DNA of 64,000 bases from the NCBI GenBank assembly GCA_013265495.1, contig MU058337.1, forward strand, positions 6,244,716-6,308,715, in the 5' to 3' direction. This DNA is from Vicugna vicugna (lineage: Eukaryota). Shown piece by piece: positions 1-10,400 of this stretch. The position numbers and the translations under genes are program-made. Position 1 is the stretch's first letter, and each line of letters begins with the position of its first letter. The notes beneath the pieces were generated by a model. It had not been told where the DNA came from. It did no database searches and saw only the letters and a program-made list of their open reading frames with translations.

Positions 1-165
1 CAAGATCATCAACAGGATATTAAGTTGCAGGTCACCTTTGATTCAGCCCTCTCAGCCACTCCTGGGCTGGGCGACCCCTGACCCATGAAGGACCACATAT
101 GTGGTGGGGAAGCCCCCCCTAAAACCCACCTAGAACAAAAGTTCTTTGTCAGAGGTTTAGAGAAG

Positions 166-213
166 TGTAATGTAAAAGAAGGGGGAATCTGTAATGTAAA
201 AGAAGGGGAAATC
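166..213 (+). repeat. 24-bp tandem duplication
   Basis: TGTAATGTAAAAGAAGGGGGAATC (166-189) followed by TGTAATGTAAAAGAAGGGGAAATC (190-213), one mismatch. Confidence 0.9.
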
Positions 214-1659
214 ATGAAAATCTCATCCAATGTTGTAACTTTTAAATACCACTTTCAAGAAGGGGAAGATTTAGTGGAGGTGGGGAGTATATAGAATAAG
301 GCCCTCTCTAGTCTCCTAAAAGAACTTCTCTTCTTCCTACAGTTAAAATTTACTGTTCTGTAACTGGGCTTATAAAAAGTCTCTGTATAAAATATATGTT
401 CACCATCAGTATAGTGACAGCGATGCAAATGTTTGTGTATTTGTCATTAGGGACTTAGAAAAAAAATAGAAGCCAACATTTCTAGGTGACAGTGAGTGGT
501 TATGTTTTTGCAAAAGGAAGAGGAGTCATTGTCCTTATTTTGTCTCCTTTCCTGACAGGTGAGTTTCTACTCCTGTAAAACAAAGCAAAAACAAAAACTC
601 CCCCAAACAGGAGGCATTAACTTACATCAAAGTGTTTAATTATTTTGAGGGCAGTTATCCTTCTGGCTCTCAGGCGAACTACATTCAGGAGGGTGAATAC
701 CGGTGACAGGCAAGCAGCTTTCCAATAAACTGCAGTATTATTGCAATAGACTTTGTAATACAATTTATGCTGTCATTCATAAATAACAATGCCATATGTC
801 AACCATATTGCTTACACAAGTAAATCCATCAACGTGTCACTATTTGATTTATCTCAACAGCTTCTGCAAATATTGAAGTATAGATATTGGAAGGGGTATG
901 GAGTGGGGGGGGGAACTACCCACAAAATTTGAGATTAAAAAGAAAAGCACAACCTCTGCTCCTCCTTTATCCCCCATCCAAAAACATCCTAAAAGATAAA
1001 GAATGAACAGGAGGAGGAGCACATCTTGGAGCCAATATAAAGAAGTAGTGGGTGGTTGCACAAGCTGTGAGCACATAAGGGAATTTGTGGTTCCTGTTTG
1101 GACCTTTGAAGCATATTTTAAAACACAACAATTAGGCATTTCCCAAGAAACTCCCAATCCTAATGGTCAAATGTGGGTCAAAGGCCATCCTCCTACAACC
1201 CCCATCTCTGAGGATAAAAATGATTGATAACCAAATGAGAATATATGATGACAGGTCAATTTTACTCAACTTAGTTTTTTAGTAGGGGGGAAGTGAAGAG
1301 AGCCATAATTTTTCAAGGGCTTTTAAGCACTAAGATCAGGTGGAAATGGGATGAGTCCAGTTCTTGACTATCCAAAACAAATCAACTGGAAGGTTTCAGT
1401 CACAGCCACATAACCCCAAACTTCTGGGTTTTTTAGAAGTCCAATGCACTATCCATTGTGCAACGGACCAAACTTCTGGGTTTTTTGTTTGGTTTTGTTT
1501 CTAATTCTCAGGAAATCCATGTACATGGGACAGGGATCAAAAACTTTAGCAAACTTTTGGTTACTCTTAGCTCACAGGTATCCTTAGAGTCTGAGGATTC
1601 AGCTCGAGTTCAGAAGCTTGGGAAGCAGAGGCAAATCACCAAGAAGCTCTGAGACCTGA

Positions 1660-2800
1660 AAGCTGGATGGCGATCGGACACCCAAGGCCTCAGGGCCGGG
1701 TCTTAGATTCCACAGAGTCAGATCGCAAGTGGAAGGGCTCGCTGGTGGAAACTGGTCCCTGCCGAGTGCAGAGTGCAAGCTGCCTAGTCGCCTAGTGAGC
1801 TTAATTTGGGAAAAGTCCTTGAACCCAATGTCCTCATCACTTCAGGCCACGACAAACTCAACTGAAACGCAGGTTTGTGGGCCCCTTGGCTCACCTCGCT
1901 CTGGCTTTAAAAAGGGCTCCACACCCCTCTTCCATTGTTTGCTAATAACCCTCCTCCTCCCAGTTGAGCGCCCACTGGCACCCTCGGGCTGGGCTGCATA
2001 AGTCCTTTGATCTCTCAGGTAACTGGGGGTACCCTTTCCGCCCTTGAACCTACTTCTGTCGCAGCCCAAATGGCACAAGGCACTCCACACCCGCCGGGCA
2101 TCCAGCCCCTCTGCGAGGTCGCCCGTGCGGATACCACGCGGGACGCGCGATCCGGAAAGCAACTGCAAGAGCAATAAAAGGCAGCTCTGTGGGTCCCCCA
2201 ACTCCTTTCTTGTCCACCTCACTGCCCCCGGCATACATACCCCTTCCCCTCACCTGCCGAAACAATTAAACAAAGGCTCAAAAGCCCGGAAATGTCCAAT
2301 TCACTTTCCTTAGAGTTTATTAATTGCCCACATCCATCGCAAGGAAACTTGGCCCTGTTCAGTGACGACGAATGGAGGGCACTGGGGAGCCGCAGTCCCC
2401 TCTCTTGGCGCAGTGGGAAGCCGTAAGCGCCAGCCAGGGCATCCCTGGAGACCGGGCTCTGTCGCCTAGTCTAGGCAGCGGAGTGCCGCGAGGCCGCCCG
2501 GTTCTGGCCAGCTCGGCGTTTACTGTACCTCCCCAGCCTCTCCGCGCCTTTGTTTGGGGCTAGGAGCAGGTTGGGGTTCAGGGTGCAACAGAGAAGTCTA
2601 GAAATCGATGCTCTCCCAGGAGCACCTGTTGACCCCAGAAAGGGCGTTTCCATGGATTGCCACGTTGCTGACCCTATACTAGCACCTCCGCTGCAAAAGC
2701 GCAGACAAGGGCAAGAGTTTTGAGGATCCGCCCTGAGGACCAGCACCGCTGCGAAAATAACGGCGTTAAATCCACAGGGGAACTGGCATAACGACTTCTA
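1660..2800. promoter_or_regulatory. Upstream CpG-enriched region (weak island)
   Basis: Locally raised GC with many retained CpGs, for example 2090-2140 and 2370-2550. Confidence 0.6.
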
Positions 2801-2815
2801 CAGCTCCCTGCTTTT

Positions 2816-2931
2816 AAGAAAGAAAGAAAAGAAAGAAAAGAAAGAAAAGAGAGAAAGGGAAGGAAGGAAGGAAGGAAGGAAGGAAGGAAGGAAGGAAGGA
2901 AGGAAGGAAGGAAGGAAGGAAGGAAGAAAAG
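2816..2931 (+). repeat. Compound polypurine microsatellite (GAAA/GAAAA)n-(GGAA)n
   Basis: About 115 nt of uninterrupted purines. Confidence 0.97.
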
Positions 2932-5699
2932 TCTACTATTTATTATTTTCTCCAACACCCTGGAAATTGTTGGTGTTTACTTAGGAAGTGTGACACAGTT
3001 ATTGGGTCCTTAGAAACCTGGGATGTTAAGGGGTTTTGATTTGGCTCTCAAATGGCTTGAAAAAGAACCAGCACACCTGGGGTCAGGCGGGTCATCACAA
3101 TAACAAAAAGCGCGTCTACAAAATAAAAAGCTCTTTTATAAAGAAAGGCAATCCCGGAAATTCACCGCGAGCCTTTCTGATGACCATCTTGCTAGGCCCA
3201 TTCTCAGGTTTAATTGGCAGGCGGTTTATTGGCGCCTTATTGGTGTTGATTGAAATTTTGCTCCCTGTTCTTTCTTTTAAGAATTAGCATCTCAAGCCGA
3301 TCTACCTGAGTCAATTATCTTTTTAGGGTCTGGGTTTGGTCATAAATTTGAAATATTAATTAAACACACTTTGTAAATATCCCTCTTTCCAATCGACACA
3401 AATCTCTATCGCTTCCTAAGAAAGTCTTTTCTTTTTTAAGGCTTCCATAAAAAGAAATTGATCAGGGAGCTATATCTGAATTAAGACATATTAAATCGAT
3501 GACAGATACATATCATGCTGTGTTTAACAAGAGTTGTACAAGGAGGCGGGTTCCAGATTCCGCACGGCTCTGCTGCACCATTATTCACATTTTTACAGCC
3601 TTTCCTTCATGCCTTCACCCATTAAACCATTAAATTTCAGCAATTCAATAAAACAAAGCAGTTATAATTTTGAGGAAAAGCTATTTTGAAGGAGGTGGAG
3701 GTACCCATTTTATTGCACAATAAAAATACTCAACAGTCTATATTAAAGGGTAGGTTGAGTTTATTATTTTCTCCTTTCTTTATTCATTCTTTTTGTTTTA
3801 TTTTGTTTTTACTTATAACCTGCAGGATTGAATGCAAAGCTGCCATTATGGAAGTACTAACATTATTGCCAAGAAATTCAAATAAAGGAAACTCATTTGA
3901 AATGTTCTGAGAGGAAATAAAGACACTGGTGACAATTCCAAATATGATGTTTTCTCCATAAACCATTCAGAGATGACACAGTCCTCTCTCCACTTTGCCT
4001 GGTTGGCTTGAGACCTTTCAAGTCTTCAAAAATTGTGAAAGGGCTCTTCCTCTCTAAATACAGATGTGGATTTTTGTCACTGTTGTTTATTTTAAATTTT
4101 TCATTGTTTGCAGTCATGCCTTTCTCATTCCTCCGTATTTGAGTTTCACTGAAGCTTAAAGAAAAAGCCCATTTGAAATTTGATTGTAGTATTTTCTTTG
4201 TTTGCTTGTCAGTTTTATAAGAGAAATGACATTCCCAAGACTCACAGGGAAATTCCCTGTTAAGCATTGTTCACACCAATGTAAATGGGACTATGGAATC
4301 AGCTCTTTTGAAAACATTTCTTATCACGTCTCAGGATGATCTTCCAGATGATGGCTTTATGTAGTTTGTGTGTGTTTTTAACTTGGACTGTAAACGAATT
4401 AAGCTGGTAACATGTTTTACTGTATCCTAAAAGAAAAAAATCACAGTTTAGTCATTATCCCTTTTTTCAAATAATTTTACTGAGGGCAGCAAAATTAAAA
4501 TTTTAAACCCTGACTTTAATTTTTGAGCATCATGGAACGTGGCAAAATCTTAAGATGTTTTCTTTTTAAAGCTGAAGTGACACTTTGGGGGCAGTTAAGA
4601 GCCTTAAAGTTTGAGTGATGTCACATTTCTTTGCCCCCCAAAGTGATGCAATAACTTATTTCTCTTTTTTAAAAGATTTGATAGCAAATTGCTTGAAAGG
4701 GCCTTGCTTATTTTTTAAGCCAGTGTTCATGGTTTTCAAGTAAGACATCTCTTCTTCTAGATGAGTTTATTAGAAAAGGATAACAGGATAAAAGGTTATT
4801 CTATTAGTAAATAAATCACAAAGATATTGCTTCATTTTAATATAATTATTGTATTGGATCAATTCTAATTTGTGACACTTTCAAAGAAACTAAGGCACAC
4901 ATATGGAATACGTTCTGGACCGGAAGGAGAACTTCTGCTTAACGGATATCGTTTATTTAGCTGCGTCCCTCTAGAGAGATGCTGTTTGGCCTGCCCTGCC
5001 ACTGTAGCTCCGAGAGGCAAAAGTCAGAATCACTGCCCGATGTTTTTTCTCCCGATAAATGTAATTGGAAACGGCAGATCTAGAACCGATGAGCAGTGAG
5101 ATTACACTTCGAGCCAACTCCTTTGAACCATGCTGAAAAGGATTCCATGAGCTAAAAAGTCGAGGTAAAACGGTTCCTTTTGGGAAAGATTTATTTTGAC
5201 TTCACCTGGCATTTTCCAACCAATAGGACTTTAATATCCTTCCTCATTCCGTCTATCTGTGCGCCCTACGTGAGTGCGCGAAAGATTGAGTGTCCTTCCC
5301 AAATAAGTTTTTAGCATCACCTCTGCAAGTACGATAACGGGCATACATCTGTTCACCCTCCTCCCCAGAGAGCAGCCCGGAGCTCTTCCAAGGAAGGAGG
5401 TAGAAAGCATTTGGATGCTGGAAGGAACGCTGCCTGCAGCTAGCGGAGGTTTTGGAAGTTGGGGGCTCCCCCCAGCCTTTTGCCCCCCGGGGGGTCCCCA
5501 GCCCAGAGCTGCCCGGCGCCCTTCGGCCGCGTGCCGGCGCACGCTCTCCGCCAGGCGTGTCATGGGAACGCGGGGCGCTGCGCGCGCAGGCCCAACGCAA
5601 ACTTTCTGCAAGTGCAACTTGGGCATCCCCCGGGGAGGCGGGGACGCAAGGCTCCACGGGAGGAGGGGGCACGAAGCGAAAGCGAAGGCGTCAGTGAGC

Positions 5700-5935
5700 A
5701 CAGGGGCGGATTCCCGCTGGGCCAGGGGCCTGAATGGGAGCCAATCGGGCAGCCGCGGCTGCTGCCAATCACGCGGCTCCCTCCAATCCCACCCTTGCCA
5801 TTTCCAAAATCTCTGTCCCACTGTGCAGCTCAAATGTGATGTTCGCTCTGCCAATCGCTGGAGGACAGAGTGGGAACGGGAATAAGCAGAGTTAGGAAGC
5901 CAGGACAAAGAAGTTAAAGAGCGCCTAATATATAC
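5700..5935 (+). promoter_or_regulatory. ZIC5 proximal promoter: GC box, four CCAAT boxes and a TATA-like tract
   Basis: GGGGCGGA at 5703-5710; CCAATC at 5741, 5765, 5783 and 5851, all in the same orientation (AGCCAATCGG fits NF-Y well); TAATATATA at 5926-5934. Confidence 0.7.
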
Positions 5936-7463
5936 ATGTTTTTGAAGGCGGGCAGAGGGAAAAAAGTATCCCCAGTGAGGGTCTATGGGTCTGATTGTGT
6001 AGTTCTGATGGAGCCCCCTTTGAGCAAGAGGAACCCGCCAGCGCTGAGATTAGCGGATTTGGCAACGGCTCAGACCAGGCCGTTTCAGAATATGACAGGC
6101 TTCCCGGCGCTGGCCAGCCCGCCCGCCCACTCCCAACACCGCGCCACAGCAGCGCACGTCCGCCCTCGGGACCTGGGCTCTGACCCCGGCGTGGCCATCA
6201 CTCAGCTCGGACCCGAGCACATGGCCCAGGCGAGCGCGCTTGGCCTCAACCCTCCCTCACAGGCGCTCCCCGCACAGCCCGAGACCCCAGCGGCCGCCGC
6301 CCGCGCTGCAGCCTCGGTCGTGCACCCGGGCGCCAGCACCTACCCCGGCGGCGGGGGCAGCAGCAGCGTGCAGTCCTCCGCGCCCCCGCCCCGAGCCCCT
6401 CCTCTTCCTCCCTCTCTTTCACCCCCTCCCCCTCCTCCTCCTCCTGCCCTCTCGGGCTACACCACCACCAACAGTGGTGGCGGCGGCAGCAGCGGCAAAG
6501 GCCACAGCAGGGACTTCGTCCTCCGGAGGGACCTTTCCGCCACGGCCCCCGCGGTGGCCATGCACGGGGCCCCGCTCGGAGGGGAGCAGAGGTCCGGCAC
6601 CGGCTCCCCCCAGCTTTCGGCCCCGCCTCCCCACCCGGCCGGCATGTTCATCTCGGCCAGCGGCACCTACGCCGGCCCGGACGGCAGCGGCGGCGGGGGC
6701 CCGGCGCTCTTCCCCGCGCTGCACGACACGCCGGGAGGCCCCGGCGGCCACCCGCACCCGCTCAACGGCCAGATGCGCCTGGGGCTGGCGGCAGCGGCGG
6801 CAGCCGCGGCGGCTGAGCTGTACGGCCGCGCCGAACCGCCCTTCGCGCCGCGCTCTGGGGATGCGCACTACGGGGCGGTTGCGGCCGCTGCAGCCGCCGC
6901 CCTGCATGGCTGTGGAGCTGTGAACTTAAACCTGAACCTGGCGGCGGCGGCGGCTGCCGCGGCGGCGGCTGGACCGGGGCCCCACCTGCAACACCACGCG
7001 CCGCCCCCGGCGCCGCCACCGCCGCCGGCGCCCGCGCAGCACCCGCATCAGCACCACCCCCACCTCCCAGGGGCGGCCGGGGCCTTCCTGCGCTACATGC
7101 GGCAGCCAATCAAGCAGGAGCTCATCTGCAAGTGGATCGACCCCGACGAGCTGGCCGGGCCGCCGCCGCCGCCGCCACCGCCCCCGGCCGGCGGCGCCAA
7201 GCCCTGCTCTAAAACTTTCGGCACCATGCACGAGCTGGTGAATCACGTCACGGTGGAGCACGTGGGCGGCCCCGAGCAAAGCAGCCACGTCTGCTTTTGG
7301 GAGGACTGTCCGCGCGAGGGCAAGCCCTTCAAGGCCAAATACAAGCTCATCAACCACATCCGCGTGCACACCGGCGAGAAGCCCTTTCCCTGCCCCTTCC
7401 CGGGCTGCGGCAAGGTCTTCGCGCGCTCCGAGAACCTCAAGATCCATAAGCGCACTCATACAG
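5936..7463 (+). CDS. ZIC5: ZIC5 coding exon 1: Pro/Ala/His-rich N-terminus, ZF-NC motif and zinc fingers 1-3
   Basis: The ORF from ATG 5936 translates MFLKAGRG...[18 protein letters not shown]...[19 protein letters not shown]...[57 protein letters not shown], which are ZIC-family fingers with the ZIC5-type N-terminus and a poly-Pro insert in finger 1. Donor ACAG|GTGGGT after 7463 (phase 1). A second in-frame ATG lies at 6008. Confidence 0.97.
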
Positions 7464-10400
7464 GTGGGTGTCTGTCCCCGGCCGCGCCGCCGCCGCCGCC
7501 GCCGCTTCTGCCGCTGCTTCTCTTCCTTCTCCTGCTCGCCTTACTTTTTCCCTCCTTCTGCTGCTTCTCTTCGCATACGTATAACCCGGACATGTGACTT
7601 CTTTTTTTTCTCTCCCCCCCTTTTTTTCTATGAATAAGTAATTCGATAGCATACACAGGCCCCGCGCTGGGTTCCCACACGGTGGAGTCTCCAGCGCTCC
7701 CGCAGCCCCTCCGCCGGGACCGGCAACGCGCTCCAGCCGCCGCCGCCGCCGCGCCGGAGCAGAAGCAGCAGCCGCCGGAGCAGGAAGGCGCCCAGGACGG
7801 TCGGCAGCCCCCATCCGCCCGGCCCCGGGAACTTGGGGAGGGCGATGGGGAAGGAAGGCTGGAGCTGGAGCTGCCCCGGTGGCTCTTTCCTTCCCCATCG
7901 GATAGCAAGCCCCGCGCGGTCACCGCGCTCGGAAAAGAGGGCGTGCGAGGGGCGCTTGGGATTTGCTGCGGTACTGGGGCCACGAGGCCCAGCTCGGTGT
8001 GGCCCCTCCAGGAGGGGAGGGGGGTCCTGTCCCTCCCGGGCGGGGTGCAAAATGCGAAAGTAATGAGCCCTCGGGCTCCCGGAGTCCTTCCTCCTACACA
8101 CACGCGCACACACTCGCCACCGTTACACACTCCACACCCACTTTCATGTGCGCACACATCACACAACTTGACACACCCATATTCCCTCATACACTCCTCT
8201 CTCACTGTTGGGACACCCATATGCCCTCACACACTCACCTTCCACATACACTCACACTTCCTCATTTACACACCTTCATATACATTTATACTCGCTCGCG
8301 CTGTCACACATTTTATCATACATGCCCTAGAGGGTGCTGGATTCTGACCTTTTAAAGAAGGTTCTACTTGGAGGAGGACAGGGCTAGTTGCAGAGCCTCC
8401 CGCGGTCTTTGGGGCCTACCGCGCCTTGGAACTTGGGGGGAGCCCCAGGCGCTGTGGTGACCCCTCCCACCCCGAGCCCTGCTTTAGGGGTGCCACAGCC
8501 CTGGGTGAGGGCAGCTGCGGCCTGGGGCAGTGGGATGGCCCCATGAGCCTTGTGCCCCTTCATACGGACGAGCGCGTTTGGCAGAAGCGCTGATGAGCGC
8601 GAGCGCAGTCGGGATTTATAGGGACAGGCAATATTACCCCTCGGAGGACACTTAAGTAACTGGAGTTTACATTCAGTAATTACTTGGCTGATTTATCGAC
8701 GCTGCGGCGGCGAGGAGGCAGCGGCCGGGCGTGGGCCCCAACGCCTGGCCAGCGGCCCAGGCAGAAGCCTTGTAGGGACTTGTGAGAGAAGCCAGGTTCG
8801 GGGGCCCAAGGCTGGAAGCCCCGGGCCTTTCTCCTGTCGCCGGCACCTGACAGGCCGCTTGCGGACTGGCTGATGACCGGCTGGGAGGGAGTTTCGTTTG
8901 CCAGTCCAGTTCTTTTCTCATCTGGATCAGTCTGCCTTAATGATTTTTCCAAAAGGCAATTTCCCACGAGGCTCGCGTAAAAATTCCCTGGCCCGCTAAA
9001 CCAGCCGCACTTCCCGACTGGGCGGAGGCCCGGGAATGTGAACCGCGCGTGCGGGGCGCGGGGAGTGAAGCCGTTCCCAAAGGGAACCCCTAAAAGCCGA
9101 GCCCGCGGCCTCGGCCCTTCCCGCCTTTCTAGGCCTCGGAGGGGGAGTGGACCTTCCCTTGGCGGGCAGGGAGGCTGCCCGGAGCCGTTTCCGCCCAGGT
9201 CAAGCAAGGAACTAGAAACTGATGGCGCGGCAGCTGACCGCCGGCCGGCTCTCCGGCCCCGGGGGGACAGGCTGCTTCCCACCCCTCCTGGAGGGCTGGC
9301 CCCAGGGGTTGTGCTTGCCAGCTTCTGGGGACGGGGACCTGGGTGCCCAGGAGGATCCGGGGGCCCTTTTGTTGTCGGGTTCCTCGTCACGCGCAAGGTT
9401 GCATTCCAGCCGGGTTTGCGGTGGCTGCGTGGATCTGGCGGGGTCCCTCGGGAGGAATGCGAGCGCCCTCACGTTGATGCTCAAACCCGCGTCGGGTGTT
9501 TTCGGCGGTCTCTGGGCGGCTTAGCCATTGAGCATTGTGTCCAGAGAGGGGCCGCCCCGGACTCCCCTCCCAACCACAAAGCTGTAGCTTTTGGGGGAGT
9601 TATCCAGGATCCAGGAACAGATTGATCAAAGAGAATAATCCCCGCCACTCCCGAAGGCCCATTTCCTGACCCACGTGCCCCCAATTCCGTTTATAACCTT
9701 CCTCTGCACTGGACTCGAGTTCTCACACGTAGCTCCCCTCACTCTCAAACTCTGTAAGTAAATTCTGACATGACCCTTCTATCAGAATCTGCAATGTAAA
9801 CACAGGTCTTTCACCCTTTGTAGTCAGGTAGAGCTTGATCACTGCCCCCCTTCTTAGGCTCCCCCTGAGTAAAACAGGAGAGTCTATCACCCTTTCCTTC
9901 TGGTCTTTCTTCCTCTATCTCCTTTATCCCTGCTCTTTACCTTTCTTTCCACTCCTTATCTGCCCTTACTCGGTCTGATTCTTTATGCTTCTCTTTACCA
10001 TGTGCAGTGGCAGAACCAGCAATATTCAAGCCGTTTATTCTTCACAATCCGGGATATGTAGCTTGTGCAGAAACGTGAGAATTCTGAAAAAAGGGGAAAA
10101 AATTGCACATTTGCATAGGGTGAATAAAACCACTTAATCCTCCATGTTGAGGAAAGGCTGATTACGATCTTTTGGAAGAATGCTGTATGAAATTAATATT
10201 ATCTCTAACTTAAAGTGAAATACAGAAATCAGGACAAAAAACTGGTGTTGATAAAACTCGATTAACTGTTTTTGTTGCAGCCCATCTACAGAGAATTTTT
10301 AGAGGTTATGATTATCATTGCGTTATGCTGTGTTTTCCCCTCTCTTTATAGATCATTCTAGGATGTGTATGAGTAATATTTCATTTTATTTTTAAACAAT

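Larger units (their letters stand above)
5250..9700. promoter_or_regulatory. CpG island over the ZIC5 promoter, exon 1 and 5' intron
   Basis: Very high GC and CpG density by inspection, interrupted by a CA-rich tract near 8095-8320. Confidence 0.9.

Noticed and set aside
2674..2958. Minus-strand ORF with repeated FLPS units
   Set aside because: It is the translation of the (GGAA)n microsatellite.
7464..7597. ORF read-through past the donor, giving a three-finger protein with a hydrophobic tail ([15 protein letters not shown])
   Set aside because: The tail is the translation of a (GCC)n and CT-rich intron start. A canonical donor and an in-frame exon 2 explain the gene, and there is no evidence for intron retention.
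5231..9684. Many 100-250 aa overlapping ORFs on both strands around ZIC5
   Set aside because: Stop-codon scarcity in GC-rich CpG-island DNA; the translations are low-complexity with no recognisable domains.
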